Source: a virus (taxonomy: Duplodnaviria > Heunggongvirae > Uroviricota > Caudoviricetes). From it: 34,489 nucleotides of DNA. The stretch lies in the IMG/VR virus record IMGVR_UViG_2541047695_000003, one strand, 5' to 3'. The notes beneath the pieces are model-generated. The model worked only from the letters and a program-made list of their open reading frames with translations, was not told where the DNA came from and made no database searches. This document shows positions 14,181 through 22,989 of this stretch, piece after piece. Both the position numbers and the translations under genes were made by a program. How positions within the stretch are numbered: position 1 is the stretch's first letter; each line of letters starts with the position of its first letter.

Positions 14181-17100
14181 ATGCAGTCGATCCAATTTAA
14201 ACGAACAAATGTTTCTGGCAAAAAACCAACGCCGGAACAATTACAGGTCGGTGAGGTAGCAATCAACCTTAAAGACCATGTTATTTTTACCAAAGACCGA
14301 GATCATGAAGTAGTTCAAATCTCTGTTTCTCCTGAAACTCACGCGGCACTAGAATCTAAAGTTGATGCTAATAAAAAAGAACTGGATAGCACAATTGCAG
14401 TAAATGACCGCAATATTCACGCTAAAGTAGATGAAATTAAACAAACTACTGATGCAACCATCGCAGCAAATCACGCAGAAATTAACAATAAAGTTGATGT
14501 AATTAAACGCGAAACCGACGCGACAATCGAGGCCAATAAAAATAAAGCTGCTTCCGATCTTGCTGGTGTTAAAGCTGAATTGTCGGATACCATCAACGCT
14601 AATAAAAATGCGGCTGCTGTAGCAACTCAGGAACTGGACACCCGCATCAATAAAAAAGTTGATGATATTAAATCCCGTACCGATGCAACCATCGCAAGCA
14701 ATGACAAAGCAATCAATGACAAAGTTGATTTGATTAAGGCAGAAACTGACCGCACTATCGCAGCAAATCACGCCTATGCGGAAAATCAGTTAACTGACAC
14801 CTACAATAACCTTACTGGTGTGATTGCAGCCAATAAGCAAGAGGCAGCGGATAACGTCGCAGCATTAACCCGTGATGTTGAAGCCAAAAATACAGCAATT
14901 CATAGCAAAGTTGACAATAACAAGTCTTACACTGATTCTGAATTGGCACGTTTAGAAAGCCGTATTGATGCAGCCGATGGATCTGCTGATGGCAAGTACA
15001 TCAAAAAACACGTAAACACTTATACTGATGGTTATTTGCTGTCTAAGACCGCAAACTATTTTGATGATCCAAATGCGCGTAATCTTGATTACTTTGGTGC
15101 ATTCCGCATGAATGACCTGGCGGGTCATATTGCAATGATCTTGCATGTTCCGCATCCATCTGGTGTTAATCATGCTCGTGGCTTCGAGTTCACTTATGGG
15201 TCTAATCCACATGCTACTGTAAGAACATACGGCTATGATGAATTGGGACATTTGGCATATTCTCACCGCATGTATCATGAAGGTGATAAACCTACTCCGG
15301 CTGAAATTGGCGCATATTCGAAAGCAGAAATTGACCGACTGTTCCAGAAGACGCTTAATTTTGGTATCGAGGGTGGTTGGTTTAAACTAGGCACTTTGAC
15401 AATGCCACAACAACACGGTCGCACGGCTAAGATCCGTTTGGTTGGTGGTAACGGTTATAACGTAGGACATAATGGACAAGCCAATATTATCGAATTGGTG
15501 ATTCGATGCGGCAACAATAGCCCGAAAGGTGTTGTATTCAATGCGTATTATACTATTTGGCATCATGAACAACATTTTTGCGCTATTCCAACCGATGGCG
15601 ACAATTACGATCTTTACGCTTACTACGGTGCACATACAGGATTTGTTTTAGCAGAATATCAAGTTTCTTCCGGTGGTGTTTCTTTAAACCTGTTGGATAC
15701 TCCTGAATATCTGGGTGGTGAAAAACCTGTTGCAGATGAAATTTTTGATGCTCTTAACATTTCATCGTTCAATAACTTTAGCAACCGTGGGACGTTAAAT
15801 TTTGCTGGCAATCATCAAGGCCAATATGATATTGAGCATTTAAACGAACAACCGACAAATGCTAAAAAGATGTTGCGTCGCTTCCGTAGTTGTGCACCAG
15901 CTACAATCTGGCATGAGACAGTTGATGATAACGCATATCGTCTTGCTACTGGATACGAAGATACAAATCAGGAATTATTGCTGTCAGCAACATCCGGGTT
16001 ACATGTCAAGAAATTAACATTGGATGGCGGTGTTACTGGAAATTCTGGTATTGATATTCGTCGAGGACCAAACGAATCAAGCCATTTTAATTTCATGGAT
16101 TATCGCACTGGACAAGATGTTCGTAATGGCTGGTTTGGCTTCGGTGATGGTCAGACCAAAGATTTTATTTGGTGGAACGATAACGGTCAAAACTCTATAA
16201 ACCTGATTGAAGATGGTGAATTGCATATTACTGGCGGTAAAGGCCAGAAAATTGTAATGAATAGCGAAGTTGCATTATCTGAAAATGCTCGTTTGGCTGT
16301 CAAAGGTGGTAACTATGGTTTAATCCTTCGTAATGATGGTTCTAGCTTCCATATTCTTACTACCGATTTAAAAGATTCCTTTGGGACGTGGAACACTCGT
16401 AGACCATTTAGTTATGATTTCGCCGAAGGTGGATTAGATCTAGGTGGCACAGCTACCGCACGCTGTTTACATCTGGGAATTGATGGTAGCACCCGCATCG
16501 AAGATAATATGGTGTTTAGATCAGGGTCTCGTCAGTCAATGGACTATATTGAATTAATCCATTGGGGTAACAGTAATACCGCTCGTAACAACGTTTTGAG
16601 TATGAAAGACTCGAAAGGATTCCTTGCTGAATTTGAACGCGTGGGGGGTACTAACGGCGTTAAAACCAGATTCTTTGGCGAAACATTCACTGACGGTACA
16701 TTATACCTAAATCAGATGAATAATAGCTCTGAACGATTCTCTATCAATAACTGGGGAAATTCAGAAGTTGGTCGCGCGGCAGTGATGGAAGTCGGTGATT
16801 CCAAAGGTTATCACTTCTATACTGAACGTAGGACAGATAACAGTTTGATGTTTGATGTTGCTGGCGCTTTTACTGTGCATGGACCTTCCGGGATTACTAT
16901 CAAAAACTCTGCTGGTGCTCGCCACGTCTGGTTTAGAGATGATAGCGATACGGAAAAGGCTGTTATCTGGGCTACAGATGAGGGTATTTTACATATTCGC
17001 AATAACCACGGTGGACAATTTACACATCACTTCCAGGGCGCGATGATTAAACTGGAAGGGCGTGTTCCTTATGCCGCAGATCAAGGACTTATCCGTGGTG

Positions 17101-17705
17101 AGGTTTCTGGTGGTGCATATGTTGCATGGAGAGACCGACCTGCTGGTTTGTTGGTTGACTGTCAACAAAGCGTTGATAGTGCTCATGCTATTTGGAAAGC
17201 GGTTGATTGGGGGCGTAACTACATCGCTGCTATGGACGTTCATTGTCCCGGTGATAGTAATAATACTGCGGCAGCGGTTCTTCATGTTCAGGGTGCTGAT
17301 TATCAATTCCATGCAAGTGGAGAATTTCATGCCACTGGTAACGGAAACTTTAACGATGTTTATATTCGTTCCGATCGTCGTCTGAAAATTAATGTTGAAG
17401 ATTACGAAGAAAATGCGGTGGATAAGGTAAATAAACTCAAAGTTAAAACCTACGATAAAGTTAAATCTCTTAATGACCGAGAAGTTATAGGTCATGAGAT
17501 TGGTATTATCGCACAGGATTTACAAGAGGTATTACCGGAAGCTGTTAAAACCGCAAAAATTGGTGGTTTTGATAACCCAGAAGAAATTTTAACAATTTCA
17601 AACTCCGCAGTGAACGCGCTTTTAATTAAAGCGGTCCAAGAAATGAGCGAAGAAAATAAACTTCTTCGTGAACGTCTTGCTGCAATTGAAGCTAAATTAG
17701 GGTAA
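14181..17705 (+). CDS. Tail fibre with N-terminal anchor, coiled-coil repeats and a C-terminal self-cleaving chaperone domain
   Basis: 1174 aa; MQSIQFKRTNVSGKKPTPEQLQVGEVAINL fibre N-terminus; about 6 repeats of KVDxIKxxTDATIAxN; C-terminal SDRRLK motif. Confidence 0.9.
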   Translation: MQSIQFKRTNVSGKKPTPEQLQVGEVAINLKDHVIFTKDRDHEVVQISVSPETHAALESKVDANKKELDSTIAVNDRNIHAKVDEIKQTTDATIAANHAEINNKVDVIKRETDATIEANKNKAASDLAGVKAELSDTINANKNAAAVATQELDTRINKKVDDIKSRTDATIASNDKAINDKVDLIKAETDRTIAANHAYAENQLTDTYNNLTGVIAANKQEAADNVAALTRDVEAKNTAIHSKVDNNKSYTDSELARLESRIDAADGSADGKYIKKHVNTYTDGYLLSKTANYFDDPNARNLDYFGAFRMNDLAGHIAMILHVPHPSGVNHARGFEFTYGSNPHATVRTYGYDELGHLAYSHRMYHEGDKPTPAEIGAYSKAEIDRLFQKTLNFGIEGGWFKLGTLTMPQQHGRTAKIRLVGGNGYNVGHNGQANIIELVIRCGNNSPKGVVFNAYYTIWHHEQHFCAIPTDGDNYDLYAYYGAHTGFVLAEYQVSSGGVSLNLLDTPEYLGGEKPVADEIFDALNISSFNNFSNRGTLNFAGNHQGQYDIEHLNEQPTNAKKMLRRFRSCAPATIWHETVDDNAYRLATGYEDTNQELLLSATSGLHVKKLTLDGGVTGNSGIDIRRGPNESSHFNFMDYRTGQDVRNGWFGFGDGQTKDFIWWNDNGQNSINLIEDGELHITGGKGQKIVMNSEVALSENARLAVKGGNYGLILRNDGSSFHILTTDLKDSFGTWNTRRPFSYDFAEGGLDLGGTATARCLHLGIDGSTRIEDNMVFRSGSRQSMDYIELIHWGNSNTARNNVLSMKDSKGFLAEFERVGGTNGVKTRFFGETFTDGTLYLNQMNNSSERFSINNWGNSEVGRAAVMEVGDSKGYHFYTERRTDNSLMFDVAGAFTVHGPSGITIKNSAGARHVWFRDDSDTEKAVIWATDEGILHIRNNHGGQFTHHFQGAMIKLEGRVPYAADQGLIRGEVSGGAYVAWRDRPAGLLVDCQQSVDSAHAIWKAVDWGRNYIAAMDVHCPGDSNNTAAAVLHVQGADYQFHASGEFHATGNGNFNDVYIRSDRRLKINVEDYEENAVDKVNKLKVKTYDKVKSLNDREVIGHEIGIIAQDLQEVLPEAVKTAKIGGFDNPEEILTISNSAVNALLIKAVQEMSEENKLLRERLAAIEAKLG
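17370..17702 (+). other. Peptidase S74-type intramolecular chaperone auto-processing domain of the fibre
   Basis: SDRRLKINV...IGIIAQDLQEVLPEAV...LLRERLAAIEAKLG matches the endosialidase / T5 L-shaped-fibre C-terminal chaperone pattern. Confidence 0.75.
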
Positions 17706-17743
17706 TTGGAAAGCGGGGAGAAATCTCCGCTAAGGATTCTTAT

Positions 17744-18040
17744 ATGGGATATTGGGTAAGTAGTGAAATTAATACTAAAATCGATGCTTTAAAATGGCAT
17801 GTATTTGATATTCCTAACGGCTATGGTACTGCTCGTGCTGGTGTCGCTGTAATGCGTCATAATGCTGGTGGTGGGTGGTCTGATGCACATATTAACGTAG
17901 ATGGTTTGACCGTTGCTCGTCGTCGTGGTGGGACCAATTGGGGATCTACTATAAATTCGTTTGTTCCTGCTGGCTGCACCGTCTCCTTTGGTTTAGGGGG
18001 TGAAGGTGGTGTTGAATATTTTAAATTCATGGAGTTTTAA
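17744..18040 (+). CDS. Small Gly-rich protein, FDIPNG paralog 1 of 3
   Basis: 98 aa; conserved xW, FDIPNG(W/Y), GL, WG, V(S/T)F, YFKF blocks shared with the next two genes. Confidence 0.85.
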   Translation: MGYWVSSEINTKIDALKWHVFDIPNGYGTARAGVAVMRHNAGGGWSDAHINVDGLTVARRRGGTNWGSTINSFVPAGCTVSFGLGGEGGVEYFKFMEF

Positions 18041-18042
18041 TT

Positions 18043-18348
18043 ATGGCTGGATGGATAAATCAAAGAATGTCAAACGCTATTAGTATTTGGGCTAATGGTG
18101 GATATTTTGATATCCCCAACGGCTGGGTTACTGATTCATGCGGAATTGTTTTTGCTCATATGGAAGCCATTAACGGTGCTGGTGATCTTGATTCTGAATT
18201 GGCTGTAAATGGATTGATTGAATCAGGTCATCATGCTGGTGATGCTGGGAGTTGGGGCGCTAGTTCTTTAGTTGGCGCTGGTGCTACCGTTAGCTTTACA
18301 TTGGGTAAAGGTAGTTTGCATTATTTTAAATTCAGGAGAATGCACTAA
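18043..18348 (+). CDS. Small Gly-rich protein, FDIPNG paralog 2 of 3
   Basis: 101 aa; starts 2 nt after the paralog 1 stop. Confidence 0.85.
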   Translation: MAGWINQRMSNAISIWANGGYFDIPNGWVTDSCGIVFAHMEAINGAGDLDSELAVNGLIESGHHAGDAGSWGASSLVGAGATVSFTLGKGSLHYFKFRRMH

Positions 18349-18650
18349 TGGCATTTTGGGTAGATGGCGCTTTGGGGAATAGGGCGGGTAAAGCAAATCA
18401 AGGATGGTTTGATATTCCTAACGGTTGGACAGCCGACGCTTTCGGGACTATTTCATTCTGTGCTCATTCTTCCGGTGGTGGCGGTGGTGACTCTGAATTG
18501 CTTATTCATGGTTTGTGTGTTTCTGGAAGCCATAAGGGTCATGATTGGGGACAGATTCATTCTTGTATTGCACCGCAAGGGGCGGTAATTACCGTTAGCA
18601 CAAATAGGGGGATCGCTCATCTTCGTTATAGACGTTTGAGCAACCGCTAA
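18348..18650 (+). CDS. Small Gly-rich protein, FDIPNG paralog 3 of 3
   Basis: 100 aa; TAATG overlap with paralog 2. Confidence 0.85.
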   Translation: MAFWVDGALGNRAGKANQGWFDIPNGWTADAFGTISFCAHSSGGGGGDSELLIHGLCVSGSHKGHDWGQIHSCIAPQGAVITVSTNRGIAHLRYRRLSNR

Positions 18651-18704
18651 ATAAATAGAATTACGGGTATGTGCCCTATTGTTTAAAATAGAAGGAAAAG
18701 AATA

Positions 18705-19175
18705 ATGACTACTAAATTTGATATTTTTTCTGGTGGCCTCGTTGGTCTGTTTCTGCATGAAGAAGTAACTAACACCGATCTTGACAGTGAAAGCTATCTG
18801 GAAATTCCAGAATGTGCGGCTTTCCCGGAAACTGGTGTAGAACGTTCTACTATCGATGTTCCTAACTTCGGTGGTCCGTATAACCGTAAGCTGGTTGGTC
18901 GTATGTCTGTACCGGATATCGAACTTTCGATCAACTACATGCCGGGTAACGAAGTACACGAAAAACTGATTAAAGCAACCGAAGACGGTAAGCGCGTACA
19001 GCTTAAAATTGCTTACTACATCGACGCTACGAAAAAATCTGGTGTACATATCGCTTATAACGGCTTCCTGTCTAAAACTACCATGACTGGTGGTGAGGAT
19101 GCTGTAGTAGGCCGTACCTTCACCTTTGTAGTAGATGGTGCTCCGGTTAAACAAGCTGTTTTCCAGAAACTCTAA
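18705..19175 (+). CDS. Major tail (tube) protein
   Basis: 156 aa, highly optimised codons, directly upstream of the G/T chaperones, followed by an attenuating terminator. Confidence 0.85.
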   Translation: MTTKFDIFSGGLVGLFLHEEVTNTDLDSESYLEIPECAAFPETGVERSTIDVPNFGGPYNRKLVGRMSVPDIELSINYMPGNEVHEKLIKATEDGKRVQLKIAYYIDATKKSGVHIAYNGFLSKTTMTGGEDAVVGRTFTFVVDGAPVKQAVFQKL

Positions 19176-19183
19176 TATTATCT

Positions 19184-19208
19184 AGCCATCCTTCGGGGTG
19201 GCTTTTTT
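19184..19208 (+). terminator. Rho-independent terminator or attenuator after the tube gene
   Basis: AGCCATCC-TTCG-GGGTGGCT followed by T6. Confidence 0.8.
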
Positions 19209-19257
19209 GTTTCCAATTCTAAATAAACATATCTAATTAACTTAAGAGGAAACAATA

Positions 19258-19566
19258 ATGAATATTAATGAAATGTTAGCCGCACTTTCTCCGAAACGCG
19301 AATCTCTGACCATCGGTGGATTTACTTTCTATGCTCGCCCTATGTCAGTAAAAGAATTTAACGAACATGTTTTCAATACCGATAAAGAAGACCGTGATGA
19401 ACGTTCTATTCTTCGTTGTATTGAAGATGAAGACGGTAAGCCAGTATTTGAATCTATTGAACAAGTTAAGGCACTGTATACTAACGTCCGCAGTGAATTA
19501 ATCGGTTTGGTTGCTCAAGCGTCATTGATGCAAGATCCGGCGGTAATTGAAAACGAGGTAAAGTAA
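19258..19566 (+). CDS. Tail assembly chaperone (gpG-like)
   Basis: 102 aa between the tube protein and the tape measure. Confidence 0.8.
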   Translation: MNINEMLAALSPKRESLTIGGFTFYARPMSVKEFNEHVFNTDKEDRDERSILRCIEDEDGKPVFESIEQVKALYTNVRSELIGLVAQASLMQDPAVIENEVK

Positions 19567-19937
19567 ACCCGCTTCTGAATTTCTATTTCCGGCAAATGAT
19601 GAGATCGGGGCTTAGTAAAGATGAAATGGATAATATGCCAATCACTCTATTTTGGAAATTATACATTTTCGACACCTACTTAGAACCACAAAGCCCCGCG
19701 TTTCATGATATGCAGAATGCGATGTTGCAATATTCCATGTATATGACGTCGCAAGGAATGACACGCGAAACTGCAAAGAAACTCAAGCCTAGCCAATTCC
19801 AATTAATTAGAGAAGAAAAACTCTTTAAAACTAAAGAAGAACTGGAAGAAATTGCACGCAAGAAAGAAGAAGAACGTAAAGCGGCAATGCTGAACATGTT
19901 TGATCCATCTTTGCTTGAGAAACTCAGAAGCGGTTAA
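19258..19937 (+). CDS. Tail assembly chaperone G-T fusion by a predicted -1 frameshift near 19558-19564
   Basis: The -1 frame is open from 19551 to 19937; the overlap window is only 19551-19563 (AAACGAGGTAAAG) just before the G stop TAA. Confidence 0.55.
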
Positions 19938-19948
19938 AGGGGTAATTT

Positions 19949-22378
19949 ATGACAAAACATATAGTAACAATAGAAGGGGATAATAAAGGGCTAAAGAGAA
20001 GTACCAATGAAGCCGCCGACCTTCTCGATAGTTTGTCTGAAAAGGCAAGTAATATTGATTTTGGTGGTGGCTTATCTGGTCTGACTGGATCTCTTCGTGG
20101 GATCGCTGGCTCTGCTGGTTTAGCTGCTGGTGGTATCGGCTTAGTTGCGACCGCAGTGGTTGCAGCCGCTAAAGCTGGCGCGGAATACGTTAAACAATAT
20201 TCAGAAGTATCTAAGGCGACCGGACTCTCGATTGAATCCCTTCAAAGACTGGAAAAGGAATTTTCTGGTACTGGCCTAACAGTTGAAAAATTCGGTGATA
20301 TCAACAAAGACACCTTAGATAAGATGGGTGATGCATGGGCTAACGGTGGTGGTATTGCTGATGACTTAGAATCGGTTGGCCTTAAGTTAGAAAACTATGC
20401 TCACTTCATGACTGATCCGCAAGGTGGTATGAAAGCGGCGATCCAAGTGTTCTATGACATGAAGAAAGCCGGAAAATCAATGGCTGAAATCAAGTTCATG
20501 ATGGAATCTTTAGCCAGTGATTCAAGCCATATGACCAGCCAGCTTGAGAAATATAATACTGCTCAAGAGGCGATGATCGCTATTCAGAATCAATCTGTTA
20601 ACGTCACCGAAGAAAACGCTAAAAAATATGATAAATTTTCTCAAAATATCAATAAGCTGGAAAATAACCTGAAAGGTGTCGGTATGACCATTTCTGGTCC
20701 GCTGGTTGATAGTTTAAACTGGTTATTTGACTGGTTTAATATTGATTGGGAAAAGAGTTCTCTATTCAGGGCATTAGATCGACTGAATAAAGAAGGCAAG
20801 ACCGCAACTGGCGGTATTCTTAACGCCAACCATAAAGACGCTCAAAAAATTATTGACAAGTACAATAAAGAAAAGCGTTGGAATAATCTGGCAGATTGGG
20901 AAAAGGCCGCGATCCGTGGTGCTGGTGTCGATCCTCGTACTGCTGGCTTTGATGTTGAAGGATTTAAGAAACGTTTTGGTGATTCTTATAAGAAAAATGG
21001 CTCTCTGATTGTTGTCGATAACGGGGAACATCTAACCCGCAAGGCAGATCCTAACCGTGATTTGACTATACCAAATAAACCAGTAAGACCAGAATCATTG
21101 GGTAAGTCTGGTAATGAGAAGAAAGCCGAAGAAGAAGCACGCAAGAAAGCGGAAGAGGCAGCTAAAAAGGCTAAGGAAGCCGCAGAAAAAGCACAGAAAG
21201 CACGCGAGGATGCAATCAAGCGACTGAATGCACTTGATGTTAAATTGCAAGGGCAAGTTGCAGCGTCTATCACTTCTCAAAATAGCCAGTTGCAAAACAG
21301 CTTAAAAGATGTGAACGACGCGTTAGCTCTGGGCTTAATCTCTCAGGAAGACGCAGCCGCGAAACGCCAGGCGCTAATCGATCAGAATACTGAAAACGTT
21401 TATAAAATGATGTTGGGTGCTGATCCGATTGATGCTCTGAATGCTTTAACACAATTGCAACAAATCAGGGACAACGAGCTAGAAAGCCATAAACGGTTAC
21501 TTGATGGTAAAGCTATCTCCTACGAAGAATATATGCGTCGTGTGAACGATACCGAGCAAAACTATTCTCAGATTGAAAATTCTTTACAGGGAATGGATGG
21601 TTATAAAACCAATCAATTAACTAGTAGTTATGATTATCAAGACTCAAATAATCCGTTTGCTAAATTTAATGCAATCGATAAAGAGAAATCGGATGCTGAA
21701 CAAGATTATAAGACCGATAAACTCAAGATTGATGGGATCACCGATCCGGCTAAACGGATGGAAGCATTAGAAAAACTCAATGAAAACCATCAAAAACGAA
21801 TGGCTGCAATTGAGAAGAAATATGCTGATGCTCGCCAGTCAATAGCCGATGATATGTACGGCGGTTTTGCTGCTGCAATGACTCTCTTCGGGCAGGAAAA
21901 CACTAAAGCTATGCAGATGGCTTTCAATGCTCATAAAGCATTCTCTATCGGACAAGCGACGGTGAACATGTGGACGGCTGCTACCGATGCATGGAACGAT
22001 CCGACCAACGTCACCACAGGTCAAAAAATCGCGGCTGCTGCATTGGCTGTTTCTCAGAACATGGGGAACATCGCAAACATCAAGTCTACTAACGTTAGCG
22101 GTATGGCTCATGATGGTATTGATAACATCCCTCGTGAGGGTACATGGTTGCTTGATAAGGGTGAACGAGTAGTTGATCAGCGTACTAACGGTGATTTGAA
22201 AGACTTCCTTGCTGCTCAAAAATCAGGTGGTGGTAACTCTCAGCCGATTGAAGTTAATGCGCCTTTGAACATTAACGGCAACGTTAATAGCTCAGACAAG
22301 ATGGTCATGGATGCTATCAAACGTCACGCTAAGTTTGTTGCTCAGGCGATAGAAGACGTTCAGCGTCGTAAGATGTAA
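19949..22378 (+). CDS. Tape measure protein
   Basis: 809 aa, Gly/Ala hydrophobic segments, long coiled-coil and low-complexity KKAEEEARKKAEEAAKKAKEAAEKAQKA, position after G/T. Confidence 0.9.
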   Translation: MTKHIVTIEGDNKGLKRSTNEAADLLDSLSEKASNIDFGGGLSGLTGSLRGIAGSAGLAAGGIGLVATAVVAAAKAGAEYVKQYSEVSKATGLSIESLQRLEKEFSGTGLTVEKFGDINKDTLDKMGDAWANGGGIADDLESVGLKLENYAHFMTDPQGGMKAAIQVFYDMKKAGKSMAEIKFMMESLASDSSHMTSQLEKYNTAQEAMIAIQNQSVNVTEENAKKYDKFSQNINKLENNLKGVGMTISGPLVDSLNWLFDWFNIDWEKSSLFRALDRLNKEGKTATGGILNANHKDAQKIIDKYNKEKRWNNLADWEKAAIRGAGVDPRTAGFDVEGFKKRFGDSYKKNGSLIVVDNGEHLTRKADPNRDLTIPNKPVRPESLGKSGNEKKAEEEARKKAEEAAKKAKEAAEKAQKAREDAIKRLNALDVKLQGQVAASITSQNSQLQNSLKDVNDALALGLISQEDAAAKRQALIDQNTENVYKMMLGADPIDALNALTQLQQIRDNELESHKRLLDGKAISYEEYMRRVNDTEQNYSQIENSLQGMDGYKTNQLTSSYDYQDSNNPFAKFNAIDKEKSDAEQDYKTDKLKIDGITDPAKRMEALEKLNENHQKRMAAIEKKYADARQSIADDMYGGFAAAMTLFGQENTKAMQMAFNAHKAFSIGQATVNMWTAATDAWNDPTNVTTGQKIAAAALAVSQNMGNIANIKSTNVSGMAHDGIDNIPREGTWLLDKGERVVDQRTNGDLKDFLAAQKSGGGNSQPIEVNAPLNINGNVNSSDKMVMDAIKRHAKFVAQAIEDVQRRKM

Positions 22379-22384
22379 TTAAAA

Positions 22385-22426
22385 GCCCCCATAGTGATAA
22401 ATAATCATAAAACTATGGGGGCTTTT
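22385..22426. terminator. 10-bp hairpin with A-run and T-run flanks; also sequesters the SD of the next gene
   Basis: GCCCCCATAG (22385-22394) / CTATGGGGGC (22413-22422), 18-nt loop, TTTT, then ATG at 22429. Confidence 0.65.
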
Positions 22427-22428
22427 CT

Positions 22429-22989
22429 ATGTTCAAATCCAAGAATATTAAAATCACAGATTTTACTCTTAAATCAAAACAGCCTTTCTTCAAGGCGCAA
22501 TCTATCTCCGGTAAGTTCCAGCGTCGCTTTACTGGCATCCATTTTTACGAAGCAGAATTTACCGCGAATTACATGGCTCAGGATATTAACGAAGTAAAAG
22601 AATTTGTAGCACGTCACCTTTTTGGTCGTCCTTTTAGTGTGCCACTGTCTTACTTTTCAAAATATACAGGCGATGTACGCCAGATGGTTACGGCTGCTGC
22701 TGGTACTGCTCGCGGTGGGCGTAAGGTAAGACTCTCCAACTTCACCGGAACACTGAAAGCGGGAACTGTCATCCAGTTTGAGAACCACAAGAAAATCTAC
22801 ACGATCACCGAAGACGTGAAATCAGGTGGTGAAATGAAACTCTTCCCTAACTTGCGTCAAAACGTCCTGGCTGGTGAGGTGATCAAGTATCAGAACGTAG
22901 AAGGTGAATTTGTTCTCAAAACTGAAAACATCGATTGGAAGATCGCCCAGATTGGCAAGATGAAATTCGAATTAGTGGAGAATGTATAA
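22429..22989 (+). CDS. Distal tail protein (T1- or GTA-gp12-like, tentative)
   Basis: 186 aa, first gene after the tape measure; pattern SGKFQRR...FVARHLFGRPFSVPL recalls the DUF2460-type family. Confidence 0.7.
   Translation: MFKSKNIKITDFTLKSKQPFFKAQSISGKFQRRFTGIHFYEAEFTANYMAQDINEVKEFVARHLFGRPFSVPLSYFSKYTGDVRQMVTAAAGTARGGRKVRLSNFTGTLKAGTVIQFENHKKIYTITEDVKSGGEMKLFPNLRQNVLAGEVIKYQNVEGEFVLKTENIDWKIAQIGKMKFELVENV

Noticed and set aside
14349-17495. Minus-strand and alternative-frame ORFs inside the fibre gene (14349-14771, 14952-15278, 15387-15635, 16989-17495, 17062-17385 and others)
   Set aside because: They are embedded in a continuous 1174-aa ORF with clear fibre motifs. Their compositions (Ile/Phe/Cys-rich) are typical of antisense frames of AT-rich genes.
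18453-19154. 233-aa minus-strand ORF spanning paralog 3 and the tube gene
   Set aside because: It crosses an intergenic region and two well-supported + strand genes, has no SD, and has shadow-frame composition.
22394-22597. 67-aa + strand ORF overlapping the start of the distal tail gene
   Set aside because: It starts inside the terminator hairpin loop, overlaps the better-supported 186-aa gene in another frame, and has low-complexity Ser/Leu/Asn composition.
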